A DNA stretch of 64,000 bases from Candidatus Poseidoniia archaeon (GTDB lineage Archaea; Thermoplasmatota; Poseidoniia; MGIII; CG-Epi1). The stretch covers positions 78,594 to 142,593 of the forward strand of contig JASMLC010000003.1 of assembly GCA_030748895.1 (NCBI GenBank). The letters run 5' to 3'. Positions within the stretch are counted from its first letter, which is position 1. Each line of letters opens with the position of its first letter. The notes beneath the pieces were generated by a model that worked only from the letters and a program-made list of their open reading frames with translations, was not told the origin of the DNA and ran no database searches. Below, piece by piece: positions 37,855 through 47,608 of the stretch. Position numbers and translations under genes: made by a program.

Positions 37855-38231
37855 ACCGTTACTGTCCGGGTCAGTTTGAGGTCCAGCAGGCCATCGCTTA
37901 GCAGGACTGTGTAGCTGAAGGTGGTCGAGCTACCGTCGGTGCTGCTTGAATCCAGCTTCAGCACCAGCGCATAGCCGTGTGCCGCAAAACTGTTCTCGAA
38001 CTCCCCTGATGCTGTAGCGAATGCCGCCTCGGCAGTCGCGCCGCCATCCAGCTCGGCGTCCAGCGCCGGCGGCAGGTGTGCGTCGAGCATTGTCAGTAGC
38101 GGTGCCGGGTCGTGCCGCTCGCCCTGGTACCGGCCCAGATTGGCCGAGTGGGAAACCGAAATCGAGATAGTGAGCAACGTCAGCGTCATCAGCAGGCCAG
38201 CTATCATCAGCATCTGGCCGCGGTTGTTCAT
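37851..38231 (-). CDS. Minor pilin-like protein
   Basis: Class III signal NRG/QMLMIAGLLMTL; last gene of the pilus operon. Confidence 0.7.
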   Translation of the reverse strand: MNNRGQMLMIAGLLMTLTLLTISISVSHSANLGRYQGERHDPAPLLTMLDAHLPPALDAELDGGATAEAAFATASGEFENSFAAHGYALVLKLDSSSTDGSSTTFSYTVLLSDGLLDLKLTRTVTV

Positions 38232-38668
38232 GCTGTCCCCCGCGGGCCATACCAGAGGCTCAGTTCAAGCTCCCACAGTTCGGAACCGGCCCAGACCAGC
38301 CGGAAGGCGATGCTCACTGTCCCTTCTGGCGTGCCGCGCTCGACCAGCGCCTCACTGCTCCCACCATGCGTCCCCGTCAGGCGATAGCTCGCCGCCGCCG
38401 GCAGCCCACCGTCCAGGTACAACTGCAACGCGCTGCTGTTATCCTCGCTGAGCCAGGTCGCGAGCGTCGATTCGCCTGCGCCAGTCTGCCACTCATCAAG
38501 CACCTGCAACAGCTGCATCCCCTGATGGTGCAAGTTGTCGTCGCCAACCCGGGTCGCATCGCTGGCTGGCAAGCTGATAACCGCGACGTTGACCGCCGAG
38601 GTGAAGAGCGTCGCGACCAGCAGGACCTCCAGCACGTGCATCTGCGCCGCGCGGCCGGGCAACTTCAT
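38228..38668 (-). CDS. Minor pilin-like protein
   Basis: RAA/QMHVLEVLLVA class III-like signal. Confidence 0.7.
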   Translation of the reverse strand: MKLPGRAAQMHVLEVLLVATLFTSAVNVAVISLPASDATRVGDDNLHHQGMQLLQVLDEWQTGAGESTLATWLSEDNSSALQLYLDGGLPAAASYRLTGTHGGSSEALVERGTPEGTVSIAFRLVWAGSELWELELSLWYGPRGTA

Positions 38669-38669
38669 T

Positions 38670-39857
38670 TCAGGCGACAGTACCTGGACTGATGACCGAA
38701 GTAGCGATTCCCATCATTTCGAAGATCAGCCAGCCGATGAAGAGCAACATCGAGGAACGGTTGAACGCCGAGTAGAGCCTGCCAGTGGACATGAAACCGG
38801 CCGCCATGCCGTTGCCAATGCTCTGGACAATTATGCTGTAGAGGAAGATTGTCGAAATCCAGACTTCGTTCAGGTTGCGCACCTGTAGGTTACCGATAGA
38901 CATCGAACCTTCTGCGCCGGTGGCAGAGGCGGAATCGGCAATCGCCGGGACGAAAGTGTTGGCCAGGACAAGGATAATAATCAGGTAGACCAGAAACGAA
39001 GTGTAAACCACCATGATATAGCTGGTAACTTCCTGCGCTCGCTCAGTCTCGAGCGCCTTGATTTCCTTGGCATCATACGAGGCGGCGAGCAGGATGTCCG
39101 AAATGCGGCCTCCCGCACGGTTGGCCTCATCAACCATGCGGACCGCCCGAGTCACGATTGGTGATCGGACTCGCTCGGTGAACATCCCCAGCACCTCACC
39201 GAAAGAAATTCCCCATGAAATCTGAGTCGACATCTTGTGCACTTCGTCGTTGAGGTTTCCATACTCTCCCCGCGCCAGCGTCTGGATAGCAACGGTCATG
39301 CTGAGACCACCCTTCCAGTACTCAGCCAGATCGCGCAGGAAGTCGGGGAATTTCTCCTCGACCCGCGCCCGAAGCTTGTCTTCACGCCAGCCCCATATGC
39401 CATAAGGCAGCATTAGCGCAATCAGTGCGAAAACGTAGTAGTCAAGGGTCGAAATTTCAGGATAGTGTCGATACCAGGTTATGGCTTCTACATCCTCATC
39501 GATACCGCTAATCAGAGGGTCAGCGTCACGGCTCTCGTTCTTGGCAATCGAAGGGAGGCCATACATATTGGGCGTAATCGTGAAGGGGCCATCGTTCATG
39601 GCCTCCGGATTGTCGAACTGCGAGTCACCGTCGAAATCGGTGACGTGCGTTGTCAGGTCGGCCTGGTGGTTCAACTGCCCCAGCGCGATGAGCGCGCCAC
39701 CCATCATCAGCGAGAGGAAGACAACGACATAGGCCGTAATGTCAGTCTTGCCCCCCTTCACCTCGAGCCACTTTTGCGCCAGGCGGTAGGTCATCCAGCG
39801 CCGCTTCTTGCCGGTCCGCTCATCGCGGTAGACCCGTTTCTCGAGATTACCAGCCAT
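38670..39857 (-). CDS. Type IV pilus platform protein (T2SS-F/TadC/FlaJ-like)
   Basis: EEKFPDFLRDLAE...GLS...YGNLNDE...ISWG...AGG; TM helices. Confidence 0.88.
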   Translation of the reverse strand: MAGNLEKRVYRDERTGKKRRWMTYRLAQKWLEVKGGKTDITAYVVVFLSLMMGGALIALGQLNHQADLTTHVTDFDGDSQFDNPEAMNDGPFTITPNMYGLPSIAKNESRDADPLISGIDEDVEAITWYRHYPEISTLDYYVFALIALMLPYGIWGWREDKLRARVEEKFPDFLRDLAEYWKGGLSMTVAIQTLARGEYGNLNDEVHKMSTQISWGISFGEVLGMFTERVRSPIVTRAVRMVDEANRAGGRISDILLAASYDAKEIKALETERAQEVTSYIMVVYTSFLVYLIIILVLANTFVPAIADSASATGAEGSMSIGNLQVRNLNEVWISTIFLYSIIVQSIGNGMAAGFMSTGRLYSAFNRSSMLLFIGWLIFEMMGIATSVISPGTVA

Positions 39858-40798
39858 TAATCGATTGCGACCTCATTGCTCAGTGAGAGGAAAATATAGG
39901 CGAAGAAAATCTGGATTATCGGGAACATCAGGAAGACCATTATGTAGAGGTGCTCTTCCTCCAGTTTCATCCCGGACCCGGAAACCCAGAAAGTAATCAC
40001 GGCCATAATCATCGCGAAAATTGGCAGTGCCACCGCCATCACCACATACGCTTCCGCAAAGAGTGCCATCTGCTGGATGACGCTCTTCACATGCACCCGG
40101 TTGGCCTGAGCGTAGTATTCTGCCCGGTTCAGGAAGTAGAGCTTCAGGTTACCGCCCGAGGTAAGCGTGCCAACAATTCCCTGCAGGAACTCGGCAAACC
40201 GTTCCGAGGGCGACCGTTCGACGCCCTCCTTGAGTGTCGTCACCAGGTCACGGCCCATGAATTCGATGGAGTGGTAAATCCAGGCGGCGTCGCGCGAAAT
40301 CTCGCCATAGATATCCTCGTTACGGGCGAGCGACTTGAAAATCATCGCCGGCGTTGCGTTAGCCGCCGCCATCGCTGCCGTGTAGCTGGCGGCGAAGGGC
40401 AGCTTGCGGTCCATATCCGTAGCGCGCGAGCCGACTCTCAGCCCGGGCTCGAGCCAGTTCACCATCGCTATCAGCAGCGGCAGCACGATAACCAGCACCA
40501 GCGCCAGAACGGCCTGTATAAATTCCGAGACGATAATCGGCTCACCGTTCGGGCCGGTCATCTGCGCCAGGAATGGCACGCCGACGGCAATGAACGCAAA
40601 CACCAGTACCAGTCCGGCGATAAATGTAACTAGAACCTGCATCGCGGCGTGGGCAACATAGCCTTCGGGCAGCAGCGGAATGCGTGCCTTCACGAGCTGT
40701 TGCTTGAGCTTGTAGGAATCCTTGGTCAGCAAGCGACCCAGCCAGCCGAAAAGGAGCAGGCTGAGCGACTGCAGACCGCTTAGAACCACCGGTGCCAC
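39857..40798 (-). CDS. Type IV pilus platform protein (T2SS-F/TadB-like)
   Basis: LVKARI, MDRKLPFAASY, YGEISRD, SPSERFAEFLQG and SGGNL. Confidence 0.86.
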   Translation of the reverse strand: MAPVVLSGLQSLSLLLFGWLGRLLTKDSYKLKQQLVKARIPLLPEGYVAHAAMQVLVTFIAGLVLVFAFIAVGVPFLAQMTGPNGEPIIVSEFIQAVLALVLVIVLPLLIAMVNWLEPGLRVGSRATDMDRKLPFAASYTAAMAAANATPAMIFKSLARNEDIYGEISRDAAWIYHSIEFMGRDLVTTLKEGVERSPSERFAEFLQGIVGTLTSGGNLKLYFLNRAEYYAQANRVHVKSVIQQMALFAEAYVVMAVALPIFAMIMAVITFWVSGSGMKLEEEHLYIMVFLMFPIIQIFFAYIFLSLSNEVAID

Positions 40799-43056
40799 CA
40801 GCGCGGATTGGCCGAGCGCTCAACACGCTTCGCCAGTTCAGCCTGCAGCTTGGTCGTAGCCTTGGCCTGCCGGGCCTCTTCCTTGGCTGCTGCGCTCGCC
40901 TGCTTGTCCGGGCTGGAGGCGAGCTTGACCTGCCGCGCCTCGGCCCCGACACGGGCAGATAGCTCACGGTTACACGACTTCAGTAGCCGGCCCGCTTCGC
41001 GCACGGACAGGCTGGAAACATCTCCAAGCCCGAGCTGCGCCGCGGCAGGCGTCAGCTGTCGCAGCGGGGCGTAGCGGGCCTGTGCCTTCAGCATATCACG
41101 CTCGAGATAGGCGTCCGACTTGGCGCGTCGGGTCGCCTCCTTTGCCTCAAGCTTGGCGCGCTTGCCTTCATCGTCAGTTGCGGCCGCCCGGGCATCGGCC
41201 TTCGCACGAGCCGCTTCTTCCTTGGCTAATCGCTTCTGGAACTTCTGCTGCACCTTGGCCGGGAACTCGGTGATATCGACACCCTCCTCGGCCGCGCCAG
41301 CACCACTCAAGTCAAGGTCACGGTCCTTCATCTTGCGGCGACGTTTGCGGCCGCCCACCTGCAGGTCAGCGTAAACCTGGCGCATCACGTCCTCGGGGTG
41401 TACGTAATACTCGGCCACTACACGGGCAAAGTCGCGATAGTCCCGGATACTCTTCTTGAGGCACCACTCAATGACCAGCTGCCGCCGCTTGATTTCATCC
41501 ATGATTTCAACGCGGTTCAGGTTAGCTTTCATCATGATTTTCTCAAGCACGTAGGACTTGCCGGTGAAGACGAACTCGTCGGTGGCGTTGTCCCAGCGGA
41601 AAGCCTCGTTGGTCAGCAACTCGTGCGAATGGGGATCAATACCGATAATCTCGACGATGTTCTTGTTGCGCCGCACGCGCTTCCCACCAACGCGGGTCTG
41701 AATCTGGATTGAAATCGCGTCAAGCGATGGAATCAGCACGCGCGGAATCTCAATCGGCTTGTTCTCAAGCCGGTGCACCAGACTCTGGATTGAATCGGCG
41801 TGGAAGGTGGAATAGGTAGTGTGCCCCGTCGCCATGGCCTGGAACAGCACATAAGCCTCTGCGCCACGAATTTCTCCCACAATGATGTATTCCGGCCGCT
41901 CACGCAGCGCTGCTCGCAGCAGGTCGTACATGTCGACCACTCCCGCCGCCTTGACGCCCGCCATGGCGGATTCACCACCGAAACCCTCGCGGGTACAGCC
42001 GGGAATCCAGTTGGGATGCGGCAGGTTCAGCTCACGCGTTTCCTCAATACTCACAATCTTGTGCTGCCACGGCAGGAAGAGCGAGCATGCGTTGAGCGAA
42101 GTGGTCTTGCCGGAAGCAGTACCACCGACAAACAGCATCGACATGCCGTATTGCATCGCGAGCCAGAAGAAGGCAATCTGCATCGAGGAGAAGGTCTTGA
42201 ACTCTAGCAGGTCCACCGGCGTGAACGGTTCGTCACGGAAACGCCGGATGGTAAAGGTCGAACCTTTCGTGGAGACCTCACGGCCCAGCGTCATGACGAT
42301 ACGCGAGCCGTCCATCAACGTTGCGTCGAGCAGCGGTTCAGCAATCGAGATGTGCTTACCGCAGCGTTGTGCCATGCGGATGATGTATCGCTCCAGCTCG
42401 AATTCGTCAGACCAGAGGACATTGGTCCGCAGCGACTCGAAGCGCCGGTGGTAGACGAACACCTCGACGCCGGGGCCGTCGCAGGAAACATCCTCGATGT
42501 TCGGGTCGTGCATCATGGTATCAATCATGCCGTAGCCCACCAGGTCACGCTCGATGTAGTAGTGGATTTTCTCGCGGTTGCTCTTGCGGCTCGGAAGCCG
42601 GTACGCGTCGAGGATGTCGTCAACCGCCTGATGCAGGAACTCGTCCTGCCCCTCCTCGAGGGTCTCGCGGCTGATGTTGAGCGCTCGCTGGAGCACTGAC
42701 TGGATAGTGTCCAGATCCTGCTTCTCCTGCTCGCTCGCCTTGGGTTCGACAACGTAGTAGAATCGTGAATAGTCACGCTTGTCGAACAGGATTCTGACAT
42801 AGGAGAAGGGTGGCCTTACGGGGTAGGTGTCGAGTTCCTCGAAATCCTCGCCCAGCTCGATGTCGTCCATGACGAGGTCGTGGATGACGCCTGCCTTCTC
42901 GGCCGCCTTGCGGGCCTGCTCCTGCTGCTTGCGTTCCTTGCGCAAGCGCCGTTTTTCACGCCATGAAAGCTGGCTCTCGTCGACCGTTTCCTCGGACGGC
43001 GATAGCATACCAAGAGGGTCTGATTCCGTGTCAATCGAGTCGCCGGCAGCTCCCAT
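40780..43056 (-). CDS. Type II/IV secretion ATPase (FlaI/TadA family) with long terminal extensions
   Basis: GGTASGKTT, SIEETREL, ALRERPEYIIVGEIRG and AMATGH. Confidence 0.93.
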   Translation of the reverse strand: MGAAGDSIDTESDPLGMLSPSEETVDESQLSWREKRRLRKERKQQEQARKAAEKAGVIHDLVMDDIELGEDFEELDTYPVRPPFSYVRILFDKRDYSRFYYVVEPKASEQEKQDLDTIQSVLQRALNISRETLEEGQDEFLHQAVDDILDAYRLPSRKSNREKIHYYIERDLVGYGMIDTMMHDPNIEDVSCDGPGVEVFVYHRRFESLRTNVLWSDEFELERYIIRMAQRCGKHISIAEPLLDATLMDGSRIVMTLGREVSTKGSTFTIRRFRDEPFTPVDLLEFKTFSSMQIAFFWLAMQYGMSMLFVGGTASGKTTSLNACSLFLPWQHKIVSIEETRELNLPHPNWIPGCTREGFGGESAMAGVKAAGVVDMYDLLRAALRERPEYIIVGEIRGAEAYVLFQAMATGHTTYSTFHADSIQSLVHRLENKPIEIPRVLIPSLDAISIQIQTRVGGKRVRRNKNIVEIIGIDPHSHELLTNEAFRWDNATDEFVFTGKSYVLEKIMMKANLNRVEIMDEIKRRQLVIEWCLKKSIRDYRDFARVVAEYYVHPEDVMRQVYADLQVGGRKRRRKMKDRDLDLSGAGAAEEGVDITEFPAKVQQKFQKRLAKEEAARAKADARAAATDDEGKRAKLEAKEATRRAKSDAYLERDMLKAQARYAPLRQLTPAAAQLGLGDVSSLSVREAGRLLKSCNRELSARVGAEARQVKLASSPDKQASAAAKEEARQAKATTKLQAELAKRVERSANPRWWHRWF

Positions 43057-43066
43057 TCTTACTCGT

Positions 43067-43522
43067 CTATCCTGCGGTCAGGGTGACCACTTGAGATGTT
43101 GCGTCATACTGCACGACTATATAAGAAGTGCTAGAGTACACTTTCCCATCTATAGCCGTGGCGGGCGCAAGCGGAAAATCCGCTGTGTATCGACCCCCCA
43201 CAGGAGCCTTGCTGACCACTTTCAGGCCGGTCTCGGTACCGATTATCGTGTAGAGCACGCCGTGCTCCTCGGTGGCGGCGGGAATACTCAGAGTGGCGTC
43301 AATTCCGGGATAGGCACGGACCATCGCGAGCAGCTCCTCAACCAGTTGCTGCAGTCGCACGCCCACCTGTTCCACCTCTTCCTGTGCCGTGAAGGTATGG
43401 TTGCCCTTCAGTACGTCGGCGACCGCCACGGTCACCGACGACAGCAGCAGTACTGCCAGCAACGAGGTGTAGATGAACCCTATTTCCTGCGCGCCTGACT
43501 CAGCGCAATCCAAACGATACAT
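43067..43522 (-). CDS. Pilin-like protein
   Basis: ESG/AQEIGFIYTSLLAVLLL N-terminal helix; lies within the pilus operon. Confidence 0.6.
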   Translation of the reverse strand: MYRLDCAESGAQEIGFIYTSLLAVLLLSSVTVAVADVLKGNHTFTAQEEVEQVGVRLQQLVEELLAMVRAYPGIDATLSIPAATEEHGVLYTIIGTETGLKVVSKAPVGGRYTADFPLAPATAIDGKVYSSTSYIVVQYDATSQVVTLTAG

Positions 43523-44492
43523 GCACCGTCCTCTCCATCAGGCGTAGGTCCAGCGAGGTCACCTGCGTCAGGTATACCTCGTCATGCTGTAGGTCACGGC
43601 TGAATCCCCACAGGGACTGGAAGAAGCCGTAGGTTGCATACTGCGCGTCGCCTTTCACGACGATTCGCAAGCTGTAAGCCGCAATGCTCCCGGAATCGCT
43701 GCCGCCCTGGTTGCGCAGCGAGAAGTCAAAGTTGGAGGGGCCAGTCATACTGCGCATCTGCGAGCCACTGTTGTTGTAGGTAACGAGGTAAAGTGACAGC
43801 GCATCCACGTTTCCGCTGCCGCGCACCAGCGGGCGGTCCTCGAAGTAGTATCCGCCACCCGGCTCATGCGACAGTACCCCGCCGTTGAACAATCGCATCT
43901 GGAACTGCCCTGCCGTCGAGCGGTACTTGTAGGAGAGGACATCCTGCATGTAGTAGCGGAACTCGCCGATGGCGGTACCGTTGGCGGCAGCAGCGGTACC
44001 GGTCACGCCCGCCACGATGGGGGGCAGCGGTCCCAGCCGGTTGCCGTCGGTGTCACCGCTCCAGACAGTCCCGTTGGGGTAGGTGATGGTGACCGTCAGC
44101 GTCGCCACGGTTTCGGTCAGGTCCTCGACGCGCAGGATTGTGGCGCCCGCTTCCACGTTGCGCGCCGAAAGCTGCGCCCAGGAGACGGTGCTCCAGCAGA
44201 GCAGCAGGTCTTCCTGCGCCTTCTTCAGCGTGAAACTGCCCGAGCCGAGCGAGACGGTCGAGGTGCGCGAGGCGCCCTCACCCTGTAGCAGCACCTGGTC
44301 CATGTCAGCGTCCAGATTGAGCAGGTTGGAGCGCGTCGTCGCATACTGCGCCCACGCCTCATTGTTCTGGATTTGCGGGATGCCCCACGCCAGCATGGTA
44401 CCTACGATGGTGACCATCATTACCATAATCAGGATGGTGCCGATAATCTGGCTTACACCATCCTCGTCGCGAGGCAGGAGCTGGCGCTTCAC
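43500..44492 (-). CDS. Large pilin-like protein (class III signal)
   Basis: DEDG/VSQIIGTILIMVMMVTIVG...WGIP; first gene of the pilus operon. Confidence 0.75.
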   Translation of the reverse strand: MKRQLLPRDEDGVSQIIGTILIMVMMVTIVGTMLAWGIPQIQNNEAWAQYATTRSNLLNLDADMDQVLLQGEGASRTSTVSLGSGSFTLKKAQEDLLLCWSTVSWAQLSARNVEAGATILRVEDLTETVATLTVTITYPNGTVWSGDTDGNRLGPLPPIVAGVTGTAAAANGTAIGEFRYYMQDVLSYKYRSTAGQFQMRLFNGGVLSHEPGGGYYFEDRPLVRGSGNVDALSLYLVTYNNSGSQMRSMTGPSNFDFSLRNQGGSDSGSIAAYSLRIVVKGDAQYATYGFFQSLWGFSRDLQHDEVYLTQVTSLDLRLMERTVHVSFGLR

Positions 44493-44552
44493 GCCTTCGC
44501 CACGCGGTGGGGGACTAAAAAGCGTGCGTGCCGAACAGCGCTATAAAAGTCG

Positions 44553-45470
44553 CTACTGCGCCTCGAGCCAGCGCTCGGCGTCTATCGCCGCCATGCAACC
44601 CATTCCGGCCGCGGTTATTGCCTGCCGGTAGCGTGTGTCGACGACGTCGCCCGCCGCGAATACGCCCTCCACGGAAGTCATGGAGTGCTGCTTCCAGAGC
44701 AGGTAGCCCGAATCATCTGTCTCCAGCTGCCCGCCGAGGAAGCTGGTAATCGGCTTATGGCCGATGGCGATGAACGCCCCGCCGCAGGCGAGGTCCTCCT
44801 CGCTGTCGTCAGCGGTCGAGCGCAGTCGCGCGCCGCGGAAGTCACCCTCCTCGCCGAGCCAGCCGGTGACCGTGCGGTTCAGCTTCCAGGCGATGCGCGG
44901 ATTGTCGCGGGCGCGCTGCCCCATAATTTGCGACGCGCGCAGCCCCTCGCGGCGGTGGACAATCGTCACTTTCGGGCAGAAACGGGTCAGAAAGGTCGCC
45001 TCCTCCATCGCTGAGTCGCCGCCGCCGACAACCATGACTTCCTTGTCGCGAAAGAAGGCGCCGTCGCAGGTGGCGCAGGTCGAAATCCCGCGCCCCTTGT
45101 GCACTTCCTCGTTCTCGACGTCGAGCCAGATGGCCTCGGCGCCAGTCGCAATGACGAGCGCCTCCATCTCCCACGATTTGTCGCCGCTGGTGACCCCGAA
45201 CGGCCGTCGCGAGAGGTCGACAGAGTCAACGTTGCGGTCAAGGATGCGGGTGCCGAAGCGCTCCGCCTGCGCACGCAGCTGCACCATCATCTCGGGACCC
45301 TGGATTCCCTCGGGGTAGCCGGGGTAATTCTCGACCTCATTGGTGAGCATTAGCTGCCCGCCGCTAGCGTAGCCGGCGAAAAGCAACGGCTCGAGCATCG
45401 CCCGCGATGCGTATAGTCCGGCAGTATAGCCGGCCGGTCCCGACCCGATAATAATCAGCTTCTCGGCCAT
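44553..45470 (-). CDS. trxB: Thioredoxin-disulfide reductase
   Basis: GSGPAG, CATCDG, GGGDSAMEEA and YRQAITAAG. Confidence 0.96.
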   Translation of the reverse strand: MAEKLIIIGSGPAGYTAGLYASRAMLEPLLFAGYASGGQLMLTNEVENYPGYPEGIQGPEMMVQLRAQAERFGTRILDRNVDSVDLSRRPFGVTSGDKSWEMEALVIATGAEAIWLDVENEEVHKGRGISTCATCDGAFFRDKEVMVVGGGDSAMEEATFLTRFCPKVTIVHRREGLRASQIMGQRARDNPRIAWKLNRTVTGWLGEEGDFRGARLRSTADDSEEDLACGGAFIAIGHKPITSFLGGQLETDDSGYLLWKQHSMTSVEGVFAAGDVVDTRYRQAITAAGMGCMAAIDAERWLEAQ

Positions 45471-45502
45471 TGCAGCGCCAGTCGGGCCGGCGGGTTAAGG
45501 GT

Positions 45503-46243
45503 TCACCCGAAATGGCGCGCGCTGACGATGAAACCGGTATGCCCCAGCATGCGGTGCTGCGGCCGTAGCGCTTGTGGTTTTGGCTCCCAGTCGCGCTGCA
45601 AATTTTCCACGACGCGTAGCTCGCCCCACCCTTCGAGTGCCGCCAGCAGTTGCGCCACCTGTCCAGTGCTCGGGAGGTACGCCACCAGCCGCCCGCCAGC
45701 AACGAGCGCCGTGGCGGCCCAGCCGACCAGTTCCCACGGCTGCGGCAGGTCCAGCGCAACCGCGTCGCACTCGCGGGTCGCGGTGCCGGGCTCCAGCACT
45801 TCCGGGATTACCTCGACCAGCGCTGCGTGCGGGCTGCCGGCGAGGTTGCGCTCGAGCACCTTCCGGTGCGCCGGGCGCGGCTCGAAACTCACAACATTCC
45901 CGTCGGAGGCGACCGCGCGCGCCAGCGCCAGCGTCAGCCCGCCCGAGCCGCCACCGGCCTCGACGACCGCGTCGCCCGGCTCAAGGGCCAGCGCCCACGT
46001 TATCCACGCGAGGTCGCGCGGCAGGATTACCTGCGGACCGCGCGCCAGGTTCGCCTCGAGGTCGGGCAGCGTCGGCTCGAACAGCCGCGCCGGGGTGCCG
46101 ACCAGGTCAAACTCCTCCCCGATGGGCGCATCGCGCAGTACCGCAGACCGGAAGCTGCCCAGCCCGGGCAAGTCCTGCCTCTCGGCATCGAGGTTTACAA
46201 GGTGCGTTTTTCCCTGCGCCAGCAGCAGCCGCCACTTCGCCAT
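45503..46243 (-). CDS. trmI: tRNA (adenine-N1)-methyltransferase
   Basis: RGPQVILPRD, VEAGGGSGGLT, LDLPQPW and MLGHTGF. Confidence 0.9.
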   Translation of the reverse strand: MAKWRLLLAQGKTHLVNLDAERQDLPGLGSFRSAVLRDAPIGEEFDLVGTPARLFEPTLPDLEANLARGPQVILPRDLAWITWALALEPGDAVVEAGGGSGGLTLALARAVASDGNVVSFEPRPAHRKVLERNLAGSPHAALVEVIPEVLEPGTATRECDAVALDLPQPWELVGWAATALVAGGRLVAYLPSTGQVAQLLAALEGWGELRVVENLQRDWEPKPQALRPQHRMLGHTGFIVSARHFG

Positions 46244-46264
46244 GCGGGGTCAGCTGCCACGGTA

Positions 46265-47608
46265 TTAGAGCCCTAGCTGCACGGCGACCTGCTCGTCGGC
46301 CGCAGCAAGGAATTGCTCTTCCGCGTCGAGGGAGACTGTCGCGCCCGCCGCGATGGCGTGGCCGCCGCCGATGCCGCCGCACTTGCCGGCGGACTGCGAC
46401 ATTACCTCGGCCAGATTGAGCCCGCGCTCAATGAGCTCCGGCGTCGCGCGCGAGGAGATTATCAGCTCGCCGTCGCGCGGCGAAAGGCCGATGGCGGGCA
46501 GCGAGCGGTCGAGGAAGTAGCCCAGCGCCAGCCCGCAAATCGTGCCCTTCAGCGCCGGCTCGCTGGTGCTGAAGTGCTGGATGGCGTTGCGCCGCTCGAA
46601 CTTCGCCGTACCGAGCAGCGCGAGCAACTGCTCGCGCTGCTCCAGCTCATGCGCCCCCGCACGGCCACGCGCCGCCGCCGAGCCGAGCAGCAGCGCAATC
46701 CCGGTCGAGGTGTCATCCTGCCGGCCGCTGGCATCGACCAGCGACGCCAGTTCAGAGACGGTACAGCCCCACCCCGGCAACTGATAGCTGGGCGCGAAAA
46801 GCTGCTCGCACTGCTCGCTCCCGGCGCCCTGCTCGAGCAGCTTCAGCGTCAGCCAGTCCGCCAGCCGCGCCGCCTTCTCGCCCGCGAGGCTATCGGGCGC
46901 CGCGGCAGGGTCGAGGCCGATTTCGCGCAGCGCCTCTTCGGCCGCAGTGGGCTGCCCGGAGACGCCGACGAGGTACGGCTCGAGCGACCCCTCCAGCGCC
47001 TCGGCCAGGCTCGCACCGTGGAGCGGAAGTTGCTGCTTTTCTTTTAAATAATTATCTTCAGTAGCCATATTAGCGATTTCGAGGTTCCAACCCTTCCATC
47101 CACCAATCATCTGGCGGTCGCCGCAGGCTCCCGCCAGCGCGATGGGGGCGAGGTCACGGTTCGCCTCGTCCAGCGTTAGCGCCAGCGCGAAGGCGACACT
47201 CGCGGCGGACGCCTCGCGGTTGCCGTCAACCCCTGCCTTGTGGGCATTCAGCTCGAGGACGTTGCCAGGGACCTCGCCCTGCGGCAGGTGGTGGTCAACC
47301 ACCAAAGCGGGCGCCTCAAGCTGCGCCAGCAGGTCCATGTAGCCCGATCCGAGGTCGGTGAAGAGCACTAGCGCGGGCGCCTCGCGGTTCAGCCGCTCGA
47401 TGACGTCGGGCGCCAGCGAGAGGACATTGCTGAGGTGGAACCGCTTCCCGAGCCGCAGTAGCGCCTGCACCAGGATGGCTGACGAGGTGAGGCCGTCGCA
47501 GTCGTAATGGCCGATGATACGCACCGGCTGTCCGGTTTCCCGCAAGCGGTCGGCGAGTGGATGTGCCGCTTCCATCAACGGCTGCGGCATCGCCGCGGCG
47601 GGATTCAC
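46265..47608 (-). CDS. RecJ/Cdc45-like DHH nuclease
   Basis: HYDCDG, TDLGSG, VDHH, GACGDRQ and GGGHAIAAG; conserved linkage to rps15. Confidence 0.87.
   Translation of the reverse strand: MNPAAAMPQPLMEAAHPLADRLRETGQPVRIIGHYDCDGLTSSAILVQALLRLGKRFHLSNVLSLAPDVIERLNREAPALVLFTDLGSGYMDLLAQLEAPALVVDHHLPQGEVPGNVLELNAHKAGVDGNREASAASVAFALALTLDEANRDLAPIALAGACGDRQMIGGWKGWNLEIANMATEDNYLKEKQQLPLHGASLAEALEGSLEPYLVGVSGQPTAAEEALREIGLDPAAAPDSLAGEKAARLADWLTLKLLEQGAGSEQCEQLFAPSYQLPGWGCTVSELASLVDASGRQDDTSTGIALLLGSAAARGRAGAHELEQREQLLALLGTAKFERRNAIQHFSTSEPALKGTICGLALGYFLDRSLPAIGLSPRDGELIISSRATPELIERGLNLAEVMSQSAGKCGGIGGGHAIAAGATVSLDAEEQFLAAADEQVAVQLGL

Noticed and set aside
37851-44492. Archaellum operon
   Set aside because: No archaellin, flaH, flaF or flaG; two platform genes are more typical of pili.
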